Made by a program: the position numbers and the translations under genes | The notes under the pieces: model-generated | The model's input: the letters and a program-made list of their open reading frames with translations, nothing else | Databases searched by the model: none | What the model was told of the DNA's origin: nothing | In this document: positions 18,301 to 26,419 of the stretch, one piece after another | Layout: each line of letters begins with the position of its first letter | Position numbering within the stretch: the stretch's first letter is position 1 | DNA from: Candidatus Hydrogenedentota bacterium | GTDB taxonomy: Bacteria; Hydrogenedentota; Hydrogenedentia; Hydrogenedentales; SLHB01 | Assembly: GCA_034408725.1 (NCBI GenBank) | Contig: JAWXCN010000098.1 | Location: forward strand, 14,996 to 78,995 | DNA: 64,000 nucleotides | Reading direction: 5' to 3'

Positions 18301-18927
18301 TCCCCGGCCCAACGCCACCAGCACGTCCTGAATCGGTTCCTGCTGTTCATTGACCACGCGACCGGCGATCGCACCCACCGGATGAAGCTGAAGATCGACC
18401 ACGTGGTCTTCGGGTTCGCGCGGGTTGATATATGCGCTACCCACCGCGGCCAAATCGTCCTTTTGCGCGATGACCGTGAAATTACCGGCGGGAAGTTTTT
18501 CAAACCGAAAGAAACCCTTGCCGTCAGAAGTGGTGGTCCATTGTGAATCTTCGTCGTGTACCTGAATGATCGCGTCGCGATCCTTCCAGATCAGTTGAAG
18601 CTCCGTCCCGCCCACAGGCAGTAAGTCTTCTTCCATGGTGACTTGACCCCGGATGGCAGACGGTCCGGATCGAGCGCCTTTGCGGGTTTCGCGCGGGTTC
18701 GCACTCGATGTCGTGGCTGAAGGAGCAAAGCGGCTGGGCCGGCGTGACGACGTGATGTCCGGAGCGTCAGCTCGCGCGCGCGGTTCGTCGTCTGTTGCCT
18801 GGGTGGTTCCCGCCGTTTGCACTGTTGCGGGCTGGTTACTGCTCCTCCCCCAGATGGCATACCACAAACCGCCCAGCACCACGAGCATGACCGCCAACAG
18901 CCCCATAAACCGGGCGTTTTGATTCAT
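15376..18927 (-). CDS. Large membrane-anchored/secreted protein with ~12 tandem CarboxypepD_reg-like (Ig-like beta-sandwich) domains
   Basis: One N-terminal TM helix (FMGLLAVMLVVLGGLWYAIW), then a low-complexity linker. A motif recurs every ~85-95 aa: (I/V)xG(R/I/T)V(V/I)Dxx(G)xP(I/L)xxAxV. Start set at ATG 18927 with a GGGGGAG RBS. Confidence 0.75.
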   Translation of the reverse strand: MNQNARFMGLLAVMLVVLGGLWYAIWGRSSNQPATVQTAGTTQATDDEPRARADAPDITSSRRPSRFAPSATTSSANPRETRKGARSGPSAIRGQVTMEEDLLPVGGTELQLIWKDRDAIIQVHDEDSQWTTTSDGKGFFRFEKLPAGNFTVIAQKDDLAAVGSAYINPREPEDHVVDLQLHPVGAIAGRVVNEQQEPIQDVLVALGRGKSGTRDIYGGDSQTKTDADGQFTLNFVQKGTWTIEAKAEGYAVGEVLDVPHDGTGVQIVLKHGGMISGTVVAAESSKPQPNIAVRLRGGGRLNAHEVTSGTDGAFAIADLADGAYQLTIEKQAHILAGQAPSIQIEDANSIDNIQLVVAMGGSVSGIATDAETGTPIVGMAFRPRSPQGGYASAEATTDEDGMYRIEGLPAGQYTVRRLWMSGYRHGESREDKQVTVGLGQEVTGIDFAVPAGLFLRGRVVDKSGEPLAQVNVESVDAENLEGETMVTDEKGRFIHRGFSPGAKLTITASKQGFSAPPLQDVVIGDSDKNDVEIVMDTGGSIAGIVVDKEGKPLVDAYVTAMPQNPEAGQQAQQASSQEEGVFKVQGLAAGTYKLQVRPPRTWREPTLPAGNDIQLTQGENVTGVRLVCDFDTGMKLAGRVIDSTGKPIRDVSVNAHSRNGNSSGYAQTDAEGKFEIVGLQAGTHWYGAHHQDYSQPDQQQEVEVPNPNMTITLRGKGTIQGRVLEAQSGQPVKTFSIIPLVGRIERIEPGNYMGTGQTFVDENGRFEIRGNDGDAALYVTAQGYAPKLHKVPGVREGQTTSGVDVRLDAGGVIEGVVTNKQGQAVAGASIYIGRVPTQEWERQQRPANATTDADGSFRIESLAAENTRVYATHGEYATASATATPAAGGAAMVNIVLGSGGVINGTIRVAGRPVASGYGVSLHVPEGEGQGYNAQSEVNGSGQFTFNGLPEGTVSLTVYGNQPGAGRRQISKQATVAADQVTTVDFDITEGTAGVEGVITRDGQPVSSASVNLTIAADDGNSENAHAQADSKGAYKLDGLPPGAATLMVYVNTDGQFQQARSFQVQLEDRRTIRHDIELSGGMRVSGSVSGVPEGWFASVSLFRGQIDVSGDLQSLYQELQGQMAGAAQITEGRFFVEGIEPGEYTVLAVGVNPQSAGQTYKKASRTINVVEGEETEVDLTVE

Positions 18928-19046
18928 TGTCACAACTCCCCCAAATTTCCCTGCAATGAAAAGACGCAACCCACCCAAGTAAAGATGACACTCCTACACG
19001 AGAATGATCAACACGTACTCGTTTCCAAAGCTCCAGCCCTCATTCC

Positions 19047-19850
19047 CTACACAACCGCCTCGTTCGTCAGCGCCGATTGCTCCTCTGCGCGAATGCGGAC
19101 CCCTCTCACCATGATATTCGGCCGCCCGATACTCTGTCCCGACAATTGCCGGTTCAGCGGATCGCGGTACCCGCACCGAACCAACCGGCGCACCTTGTCC
19201 GTCGTGTTCACGTAACTGCCATGCACCGTAAATATACTGAAAACCACAACGTCGCCCCGTTTGGCGGGCACGGGAACCGTGTCTTCCAGGCGATACACGT
19301 TGGTGTCCAGATGCGGCGTGCATGCCTCTCCATCGGTTTGCATCGTGACGTGCGGCAACGCGCCAGCCTTGTGCGATCCGGGCAGAAACCGTATTTCGCC
19401 GTTCGCGTGACACGTGTCGTCCAGATGCACCAACACGTCAAGGTAACGGTCATCCGCATGTTCATAGAATGCATTATCCTGGTGCATCGGAAACGGATGC
19501 CCAGTCTCCGGCGGTTTTGCGTGCAACGTGGTGTGATGCAGCTCAAGATTCGACCCGCCAATCAACTGCGCCAGCGCATCGCACAATAAAGGCTTGGTCA
19601 CCGCGCGCATCCAAGCCTCCGAATAAAAATGAAGATCGTGTAGCGATGTCAATCGCGATTTCTGTTCTGTCGCCGCATCCATCAGTACGCTGCGCCACGG
19701 CCCGGTCCACCCGATCTCCGTGTGCGCCCATTGGTCCATCAGGAAATCGAGTTGCTCCTCGAGTGCATCCATTTCCTGTGCTGTGAATACTTGAGGAATC
19801 CGCAAAAACCCCGTTTCGTTGTACGCATCCATCTGGTCTTGCGCGAGCAT
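19047..19850 (-). CDS. Phytanoyl-CoA dioxygenase (PhyH) family Fe(II)/2-oxoglutarate oxygenase
   Basis: N-terminal YNETGFLRIPQVF. Facial triad context PMHQDNAFY ... TVHGSYVNTTDKVRR. ATG 19850 is preceded by GGAGG. Confidence 0.75.
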   Translation of the reverse strand: MLAQDQMDAYNETGFLRIPQVFTAQEMDALEEQLDFLMDQWAHTEIGWTGPWRSVLMDAATEQKSRLTSLHDLHFYSEAWMRAVTKPLLCDALAQLIGGSNLELHHTTLHAKPPETGHPFPMHQDNAFYEHADDRYLDVLVHLDDTCHANGEIRFLPGSHKAGALPHVTMQTDGEACTPHLDTNVYRLEDTVPVPAKRGDVVVFSIFTVHGSYVNTTDKVRRLVRCGYRDPLNRQLSGQSIGRPNIMVRGVRIRAEEQSALTNEAVV

Positions 19851-19872
19851 GTGTACCTCCACAGCGTTCCGT

Positions 19873-20421
19873 TTACCGTTCGTCGTGATACTCTTTAAGC
19901 ATCATGCTCGCCCAGCCGGCTACCGCTCCCGCGCCACACCCCATCAGCGCATACATGTGCGCGCCATGGTCCGGCACAGAGACCGCCGCGGCCTCGATTC
20001 CATAATTGACCAGCATTTCCGCGCCGCCAATCCCAGTCCCGTAAATCGCCGCGATTCCCGGCGCGAGTTCGAGCGTCGATGTCACCCCCCAGATACTTCC
20101 AATCATGAAACCCACCAACGCGCCAAATTCGAACCCGCTTACCGCGCCCGAGGTTCCGACATTATCCCAAAACATGATCCACATGCAGACTCCGCCCAAC
20201 AGCCCCAATGGAATGGCAACGATAAGACCCCATTTGAGACCGCTCAATGCAGCCTGTCGATAATTCGGTTTCGGTTTTGGGGCCGTGATGGAAGCCGGCT
20301 GTTGACGTGCCGCTGGACCGCCCACCAGATCCGCGGACAATGTAATGTCCGCACGGCAAACGGGGCACTGACCCACGACGGTTTCTTGCGAAACGTACCC
20401 GCATACTGGACAAGCACTCAT
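19873..20421 (-). CDS. Zinc-ribbon membrane protein (hypothetical)
   Basis: N-terminal CPVCGY...CPVCRAD zinc ribbon, then Gly-rich TM helices. It lies 22 nt upstream of the PhyH gene on the same strand. Confidence 0.55.
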   Translation of the reverse strand: MSACPVCGYVSQETVVGQCPVCRADITLSADLVGGPAARQQPASITAPKPKPNYRQAALSGLKWGLIVAIPLGLLGGVCMWIMFWDNVGTSGAVSGFEFGALVGFMIGSIWGVTSTLELAPGIAAIYGTGIGGAEMLVNYGIEAAAVSVPDHGAHMYALMGCGAGAVAGWASMMLKEYHDER

Positions 20422-20570
20422 GTCTTCGCACCTTTATGGCCCTCGCCGGGCCTTATTGGACGTTATAGCACAATACCCGCCACGCGGCGTCTCCGATTGC
20501 AAGGTTGCCAGTTACCGTTATCGCCGGGTACAATCCGTTTTCCAGGTTTCAGAAGAAAGTGAGCGTAACC

Positions 20571-21467
20571 ATGCGCGTATTCGCCTTCTACATTTTCGCC
20601 GCCTGTATCCTGACACTTTCGGGTTGCGATTCTTCTACTCCCGCTCCGCCGACAGCAGGCCCTGTCCCTGGCGCCCAAAACGCCGCACCCAAGCCGACGG
20701 ACGCCCAAGCCCTGTTTGATCGCTGGAAAATGGTCGTCACTGATCCTCAAATAAATGCCCAAGGTTCAGAGCACTTGGCCATTACCAGTCAATTGGTCAA
20801 TACGGCGCCCGAAATGCTGGACAAGATGATCGACCTCCTCGTTGACCCCGCAACCCAGCCTGTATCTCAATACATGATTGTGGATTGCCTGGGTTTTGCG
20901 CAAAACGCTAAACTGCATCCACGGCTCCTGACGCTCACCGAACCCGGCACGGACCCCATCATCCGCACGCATGTCACGACGATACTGGCCAGGTCAATCG
21001 ACCCGCATATCGTAGACCGCGTCCGGCTACTCGCCAACGATCCCGAACGCAGAGTGAAACTCGCGGCGCTGAGCGGACTGACCGAGGCGGGCGATTCCGC
21101 ATCTCGCGAGCTGTTGCGCGAATACTACTTCACCGAAGGCCTGCCACCGGAACATCGCGCAAGACTGGTGGAGGCCCTGTCCGCTGCGCCTCATGCGTCT
21201 TGCCTCGACGTTTTCACCCATGCAGCCCAGGACGCTACCCTGCCCGAAAACTTCCGCATAGCAGCCGTTAGGTCTCTGGGTCGATTAGCCGATCCTGCCG
21301 CACTACCTGCGCTGGAAATCGTTGCCAACGACGCCAACGCCCCCGCCACGCTCAAGCAGATCGCGGGCAGCGCCGTCGAGGTAATCAAAACTTCACCAGC
21401 GACTAGCGAAACGCCAACCTCCCCGGTCGGTCCGGCGCCATCACCGTCTGCGCCAACACCTCCATAA
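20571..21467 (+). CDS. HEAT-repeat lipoprotein
   Basis: Lipoprotein signal FAACILTLSGC. Repeated HEAT/PBS-lyase-like helices (DPIIRTHVTTILARS, DPERRVKLAALSGL, ENFRIAAVRSLGRL). Pro-rich tail. Confidence 0.65.
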   Translation: MRVFAFYIFAACILTLSGCDSSTPAPPTAGPVPGAQNAAPKPTDAQALFDRWKMVVTDPQINAQGSEHLAITSQLVNTAPEMLDKMIDLLVDPATQPVSQYMIVDCLGFAQNAKLHPRLLTLTEPGTDPIIRTHVTTILARSIDPHIVDRVRLLANDPERRVKLAALSGLTEAGDSASRELLREYYFTEGLPPEHRARLVEALSAAPHASCLDVFTHAAQDATLPENFRIAAVRSLGRLADPAALPALEIVANDANAPATLKQIAGSAVEVIKTSPATSETPTSPVGPAPSPSAPTPP

Positions 21468-21486
21468 GCAGTTTGCGGAGGTGTAA

Positions 21487-21515
21487 TTGTGGAAAAGTGC
21501 CGGCTGTGGTACAAT
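21487..21515 (+). promoter_or_regulatory. Putative sigma70-type promoter
   Basis: TTGTGG-N17-TACAAT, about 40 nt upstream of the 21556 start codon. Confidence 0.35.
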
Positions 21516-21555
21516 TTTCAATAATTGTTGACGCTTATGTACTGAGGAAAGCATC

Positions 21556-21894
21556 GTGTTATTCCGGCGCGCGTTCAATAGGCGGCAGTTCGAGGATTGT
21601 GATCCGACTGCGCCAGCCCGATACGCCATCTTCAAGAAACAATTTGTTGTTCCGTTCGAGAAGATGACGAAAGGAACGGTGTCTGAACGCGGTGGTGAAT
21701 CTATTCGACAGTTCGGTGTGTACGTTGACGGTGTGGTGCGCCTGGTGACCAGCGGGGAAATGGTCGACAGGGAAACGTACGATGCGCTCATCGCGGCGGG
21801 TGCTATAGCCCCTGACCCTGACTACGTGCCCGAAACCCCAAAGGACGGGCCGAAGGTGCGGATGGTCTCCGTCACGGAAGGCGATATGGAGTAA
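21556..21894 (+). CDS. Hypothetical protein (112 aa), first gene of the GT2-TPR transcription unit
   Basis: GTG start with a GAGGAAAG RBS. The stop lies 6 nt before the GT2-TPR start. No motif recognised. Confidence 0.45.
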   Translation: MLFRRAFNRRQFEDCDPTAPARYAIFKKQFVVPFEKMTKGTVSERGGESIRQFGVYVDGVVRLVTSGEMVDRETYDALIAAGAIAPDPDYVPETPKDGPKVRMVSVTEGDME

Positions 21895-21900
21895 AAGCGG

Positions 21901-23310
21901 GTGGGTTCCACCATCTCGCTGGCGATGATTGTTAAAGACGAGGAAACCCAACTCGCCGATTGTTTGGCCAGCGTAAATGATATTGTCAATGAGATTTGCA
22001 TTGTTGATACCGGTTCCCGGGATTTCACCATCGAAGTTGCCCGCTCCTTCAGCGCGAAGGTCGGCGTGTACCTTTGGTCTGACGATTTCTCGGCCATGCG
22101 CAATGAATCTCTGCGCCTGTGTACGATGGACTGGATTCTCGTACTTGATGCCGATGAGCGAATCGCAAAAGACGATCTGCCCAGCCTGAAATCCCTTGCC
22201 AAAGGCGCTACCGATTGTTGCTACCGGTTCGTTACGCGCAACTACACCAACAATTCCGCGATTGCCGACTATCAGCCCTGCGAACCAAACGACCCCCAGG
22301 CCCGCGGGTTCTCCGGGTGGTTTCCGAGCACGAAGGTGCGCCTGTTCCCAAACCGGCGGGGGGCCGCATTCCAGGGCAAAGTCCACGAACTCGTTAACCA
22401 ATCCCTCGAACAAAAGGGAGTCCGCATTCATGATTCCCAAGTCCCGATCCATCATTTCCCCCTGCTGAAAGATGCGGAACGCATCCGCGAGAAGCAGGCA
22501 ACCTACCTCCAATTGGGCCGCGACAAAGCAGCCGCCAATCCGAATGATCCACGCGCGTACGCCGAACTCGGCAACCAGTATGCGGAAGTGGGGGATTGGT
22601 CCAATGCCGCCGCTTCATACAGTCAGGCGCTCAAACTTGACAGCCGGAACCCAGGCGTACTGCGCGATCTCGGAGGCGCCTTGCACATGCTGCAACGTCC
22701 CGAAGAAGCAAAACGCGCGTTGCATCTATCGCTCGAGATCGATTCCACCCAGCCGGCCGCGTGGCGCAACCTCGGCGTCGTACTCGCAGATCAAAAGCAA
22801 TGGGAAGCTGCGGCGGATTGTTTTCGCAGCGCGCTGAAATTCGACCCCGCGTGGCCCGATGGCCATCGCTACCTCAGCGTCGCCATCGAAGGCATGGGAC
22901 GCCTCGAAGAAGCCGTCGTCGAATCGCAGACGAGTCTTGAAAAAACCCCGAATGATCTCGAATGCCTGAAGCTTTACATTCACCAGATGCTTCGCCTGGA
23001 ACGCAGACCAGAGGCTCGCAATGTTTTGCTTGGCCTCATCAATGGGGGCGCACGCAACCCGGAACTGCACAACGCGCTCGGCGAACTCTTTTTCTACGAT
23101 AACCTGCACGACGAGTCCAAGAAGCATTTCCTTGCCGCTGCAAACGCGGGACTTCCCGCGGCGTATAACAATCTCGGTGTCGTTTTCTTCAAATTACAAC
23201 AGCTCGACGATGCCAAACGCGCATTCGAAAAATGCCTCATCGCCGACCCCAACCACCGCGGCGCACAGAGCAATCTGCAAAAGGTATTGGCCAAACAGGC
23301 ACTCGCATAA
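21901..23310 (+). CDS. GT2 (GT-A fold) glycosyltransferase with C-terminal TPR domain, paralog 1
   Basis: ISLAMIVKDEE..CLASV...VNEICIVDTGSRD.T.EVA...W.DDFSAMRN...DWILVLDADE, followed by about 8 TPR-like repeats (AYAELGNQYAEVGDW, AWRNLGVVLADQKQW ...). GTG start. Confidence 0.8.
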   Translation: MGSTISLAMIVKDEETQLADCLASVNDIVNEICIVDTGSRDFTIEVARSFSAKVGVYLWSDDFSAMRNESLRLCTMDWILVLDADERIAKDDLPSLKSLAKGATDCCYRFVTRNYTNNSAIADYQPCEPNDPQARGFSGWFPSTKVRLFPNRRGAAFQGKVHELVNQSLEQKGVRIHDSQVPIHHFPLLKDAERIREKQATYLQLGRDKAAANPNDPRAYAELGNQYAEVGDWSNAAASYSQALKLDSRNPGVLRDLGGALHMLQRPEEAKRALHLSLEIDSTQPAAWRNLGVVLADQKQWEAAADCFRSALKFDPAWPDGHRYLSVAIEGMGRLEEAVVESQTSLEKTPNDLECLKLYIHQMLRLERRPEARNVLLGLINGGARNPELHNALGELFFYDNLHDESKKHFLAAANAGLPAAYNNLGVVFFKLQQLDDAKRAFEKCLIADPNHRGAQSNLQKVLAKQALA

Positions 23311-23322
23311 ATTTTGGATTCT

Positions 23323-23399
23323 AGATTTTGGATTGAAGATGCGAGCACATGACGCTCTATTCAAGGTTTCTTCATTCGCGCCTCTTCAATCCAAAATCT
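23323..23399. repeat. Perfect 16-bp inverted repeat (family G core) with a 45-nt loop
   Basis: 23323-23338 AGATTTTGGATTGAAG is the reverse complement of 23384-23399 CTTCAATCCAAAATCT. The related string AATCCAAAATCCAAAATCTAAAATCC occurs at 10258-10288. Confidence 0.9.
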
Positions 23400-23401
23400 C
23401 C

Positions 23402-23428
23402 TAAAGTTTTTCCCGCCCCTGCCGATAC
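23402..23428 (+). promoter_or_regulatory. FliA/sigma28-type promoter of the flagellin gene
   Basis: TAAA (23402-23405), a 15-nt spacer, then GCCGATAC (23421-23428). The consensus is TAAA-N15-GCCGATAA. It sits 83 nt upstream of the flagellin ATG. Confidence 0.7.
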
Positions 23429-23510
23429 TCTCCCTTGAGGGCGCGAATAACCGCTCCCTCTACCGATGCAAGGACGCAAAGGTAGGCAGTCGTCACGGAG
23501 GATTCTCGTC

Positions 23511-24332
23511 ATGGGTCTGCGTATCAATACCAACGTCGCCGCGCTGACGACCAGCCGGATTCTGCGGCGATCCACAAGCTCCCTCAATGGCAGTTTGGAA
23601 AGGCTCGCCAGCGGTCTGCGCATCAATCGCGCGTCAGACGACGCGGCGGGTCTCGCGATTTCCGAAGGCTTCCGCACCGTCATCCGCGGCAGCCAGGTCG
23701 CCCAGCGCAACGCACAGGACGGCATCAGCCTTCTGCAAACCGCGGAAGGCGCGCTCGAAACCACCACGAACATGCTGCAACGTATTCGCGAACTCGCCGT
23801 ACAGGCAGCGAACGGCACGCAGAGCGTGGGCAACCGCGCTTCGCTCGACGCGGAAGTGCAGCAGCTTCTCGAACAAATCGACGACATAGCGCAAGATACC
23901 GAGTTCAACGGTCTGCGTGTGTTGAGCTCGGCGCAGAGCGTCACGCTTCAAGCCGGCGCGCAACCCGGCCAGACGCTCGTCATCACGGTGAACGGCGCAA
24001 AGACGAATGACATCGGCGTGAACGGCTTGAATATATCATCCGTCGCCACTGCCGTAAGCGCGCTCAGCACCATTGATCGCGCATTGCGCAGCGTCACCAG
24101 TCTGCGCAGCACCTTCGGTGCGTTCCAGAACCGTCTCGAGTTCACCATCTCGACGCTCGCAATTCAGGAAGAAAACTCGACCGCATCCGATAGCGCGTTG
24201 CGCGACGCCGACATCGCCCGCGAAACCATCGCATTCACGCGCAACCAGATTCTCGTCAGCGCCGGCACCTCGGTGCTCGCCCAGTCAAACGTCATTCCCC
24301 AGACCGCCCTGCAATTGCTCGGCGGCAACTAA
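23511..24332 (+). CDS. fliC: Flagellin (short, 273 aa, D0/D1 only)
   Basis: MGLRINTNVAAL...LASGLRINRASDDAAGLAISEG...AQRNAQDGISLLQTAEGAL at the N-terminus. FQNRLE...IARETIAFTRNQILVSAGTSVLAQSNVIPQTALQLLGGN at the C-terminus. GGAGG RBS. Confidence 0.93.
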   Translation: MGLRINTNVAALTTSRILRRSTSSLNGSLERLASGLRINRASDDAAGLAISEGFRTVIRGSQVAQRNAQDGISLLQTAEGALETTTNMLQRIRELAVQAANGTQSVGNRASLDAEVQQLLEQIDDIAQDTEFNGLRVLSSAQSVTLQAGAQPGQTLVITVNGAKTNDIGVNGLNISSVATAVSALSTIDRALRSVTSLRSTFGAFQNRLEFTISTLAIQEENSTASDSALRDADIARETIAFTRNQILVSAGTSVLAQSNVIPQTALQLLGGN

Positions 24333-24355
24333 CTAACGCCATAATCACGGGCCGG

Positions 24356-24381
24356 AGCAATTTCGCTCCGGCCCGTATTGC
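24356..24381 (+). terminator. Putative intrinsic terminator hairpin after the flagellin gene
   Basis: GGGCCGGAGC-aatttc-GCTCCGGCCC (10-bp GC stem), 24 nt after the stop. The downstream U-tract is weak. Confidence 0.5.
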
Positions 24382-24386
24382 CATTC

Positions 24387-24431
24387 TTCCCACTCATCCC
24401 ATTCTTCCCATAGTTCCCACCAATTCGATAT
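24387..24431. repeat. Five tandem 9-nt units (CCCAyTCwT-like) overlapping the mdh promoter region
   Basis: gccattctt cccactcat cccattctt cccatagtt cccaccaat. A TATACT -10-like hexamer lies at 24436-24441. Confidence 0.8.
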
Positions 24432-24480
24432 ACTCCGTCCCAAATCCATTGAACTTTGACCAGACGAGGGAGAATATTTC

Positions 24481-25431
24481 ATGGCTTCGGGTAAGCGGCA
24501 CAAAATTGCATGCATCGGTTCCGGCAACGTGGGCGCAGCCTGCGCACAATATTGCCTGGACATGGAATTGGGCGACGTCATCCTGACGGACGTCGTAGAA
24601 GGCGTACCGCAGGGCAAGGCCCTCGACCTCACCGAAGCCGGCCCGGTGCGCGGATACAGTTGCGTCGCCACCGGCACGAACGACTACAAAGACATCGCCG
24701 GCGCCGACGTGTGCGTCGTTACCGCCGGCCTCGCGCGCAAACCCGGCATGACCCGGCTCGATCTCCTCGAAAAAAACGGCAACATCATCACCGAGGTATG
24801 CGAGAACCTCAAGAAACACGCACCCGATGCCGTCGTCATTATCGTCACAAACCCACTCGACGTGATGGCCTACGTCGCCTACAAAAAACTCGGGTTTCCC
24901 CCCAGCCGCGTCATCGGCATGGCCGGCATCCTCGACAGTTCGCGCATGCGCGCATTCGTCGCGATGGAACTTGGGTGCAGCATGAAAAACGTCGATACAA
25001 TGGTGCTAGGCTCCCACGGCGACGACATGGTTCCCTTGCCCGAGTACACCACCGTCTCCGGCATTCCAATTACAAAGCTCCTGTCAAAGGAACGCGTAGA
25101 TGCAATCGTAGACCGCACGCGCAAGGGCGGCGCGGAAATCGTCGCTCTGCTGAAGACGGGCAGCGCATACTACGCTCCCGGAGCCAGCGCCGCGCGCATG
25201 GTCGAATCCATCATCCGCGACGAGAAACAGATTCTCCCCTGCGCCGCATACCTCGATGGCCTCTACGGTCTCAAGGACGTGTACGCGGGCGTGCCGTGCA
25301 AACTGGGCAAAAACGGCGTGGAAGACATTATCGAACTCGAACTGACCGCCGAACAGAAGACCGCGCTCCACAAGTCGTCGGATGAAGTGCGTAGCGGCAT
25401 CGAAGGTCTGAAACAGGTCGGCATCCTCTAA
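24481..25431 (+). CDS. mdh: Malate dehydrogenase (LDH-like MDH family)
   Basis: KIACIGSGNVGAA Rossmann fold. ITAGLARKPGMTRLDL substrate loop (Arg). IVTNPLD. GSHGD catalytic His. GAGGGAG RBS. Confidence 0.92.
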   Translation: MASGKRHKIACIGSGNVGAACAQYCLDMELGDVILTDVVEGVPQGKALDLTEAGPVRGYSCVATGTNDYKDIAGADVCVVTAGLARKPGMTRLDLLEKNGNIITEVCENLKKHAPDAVVIIVTNPLDVMAYVAYKKLGFPPSRVIGMAGILDSSRMRAFVAMELGCSMKNVDTMVLGSHGDDMVPLPEYTTVSGIPITKLLSKERVDAIVDRTRKGGAEIVALLKTGSAYYAPGASAARMVESIIRDEKQILPCAAYLDGLYGLKDVYAGVPCKLGKNGVEDIIELELTAEQKTALHKSSDEVRSGIEGLKQVGIL

Positions 25432-25454
25432 TGCGCCCAGGAAGGAACAGCTAC

Positions 25455-26282
25455 ATGCGACATGCGCTGATGACGATCGCGTTGTGCGCCGCGAGCGCCG
25501 TTGCGCAACAGACCACGACGGAAGCAGTCTCGGAGGCCGTCACCGATACCGCGATCAGCGCTCGCATCGAAACGCTGTTCGCGATTAATGAATCCCTCAG
25601 CCCCTTCAACATCAACACAACCACCATCGGCGGCGTCGTGACGCTCACCGGCAGCGTCGGCGACGAAATCGCCAAAGACCTCGCTACAAGTCTCGCGAAG
25701 ACCGTTGACGGCGTGAAAGAGGTGGACAACCAACTTACCGTCGTCGATGATCCCATTCCACCCAGACCCCAGAAAACCTGGCGTGAACGGATCAACGATG
25801 CCTCGCTCGCTGCCGCGATACGTTCAAACCTCGTGTATAACAAGGAATTCAAGGGCTTCAAAATCGGCGTTGATTGCGATGGTGGGGACGCAACCATCTA
25901 CGGTGTCGTCGGCAACGAATTTTCCAGAGACCGCATCGGACAGATTGTCATGGACACGCGCGGCGTCGAGAAAGTTACCAACAACCTTACAGTCCACGCG
26001 AGCCCATCCACGAATCCCATCAACACAGTCACTCGCGAAGTGACCGACGAAGTCGTCGAAAAACGCGTGCAGGCCTCCATCGCGCTGAATCGCTACGTCT
26101 CAATTCGCGGGCTCAACGTAAAAGTGGACGACGGCGTCTGCATCCTCACTGGATTTGTCGAAACCGCCAAGCAACGCGAACTCGCCGAAAGCATCGCGGC
26201 GAACATCGCCGGCGTTGTGCGCGTGCAAAATGATCTCAAGCTCTACGAACCACCGCCGCTCTTACCACCGCCTCAACCTTAA
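25455..26282 (+). CDS. Periplasmic BON-domain protein (OsmY-like, 3 BON domains)
   Basis: Signal peptide. Three repeats of the type I.TTTIGGVVTLTGSV......A.......GV..V.N.L.V. Pro-rich tail. Confidence 0.75.
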   Translation: MRHALMTIALCAASAVAQQTTTEAVSEAVTDTAISARIETLFAINESLSPFNINTTTIGGVVTLTGSVGDEIAKDLATSLAKTVDGVKEVDNQLTVVDDPIPPRPQKTWRERINDASLAAAIRSNLVYNKEFKGFKIGVDCDGGDATIYGVVGNEFSRDRIGQIVMDTRGVEKVTNNLTVHASPSTNPINTVTREVTDEVVEKRVQASIALNRYVSIRGLNVKVDDGVCILTGFVETAKQRELAESIAANIAGVVRVQNDLKLYEPPPLLPPPQP

Positions 26283-26382
26283 AGCTTGGCAAACTTGAAC
26301 AAACAACGAGCGATACGAACCTCGGACCGATCCGGACATAGTCATTTGAAAGGGTAATGCAAGGTGTTTCTAGTTGGATTTC

Positions 26383-26418
26383 TGTCCACTAAGTCCATTT
26401 CGTCCACGTCTGTCTAAC
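26383..26418. repeat. Four tandem 9-nt units (nGTCCAnnn) immediately upstream of a start codon
   Basis: tgtccacta agtccattt cgtccacgt ctgtctaac, ending 1 nt before ATG 26420. Confidence 0.75.
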
Positions 26419-26419
26419 C

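Noticed and set aside
21556-21894. The 112-aa ORF as a glycocin-type precursor peptide for the adjacent SunS-like GT2-TPR
   Set aside because: It is too long, has a single Cys, and has no double-glycine leader or helix-loop-helix Cys pairs. I keep it as a plain hypothetical protein.
21559-22512. 317-aa minus-strand ORF overlapping the hypothetical gene and the GT2-TPR gene
   Set aside because: The plus-strand GT2 motifs (DTGS, DADE) are unambiguous, and the minus-strand product has no recognisable features.
24510-25385. 291-aa alternative-frame ORF within mdh (same strand, Arg-rich)
   Set aside because: It is a frame artefact of GC-rich coding DNA. The mdh frame has all catalytic motifs.
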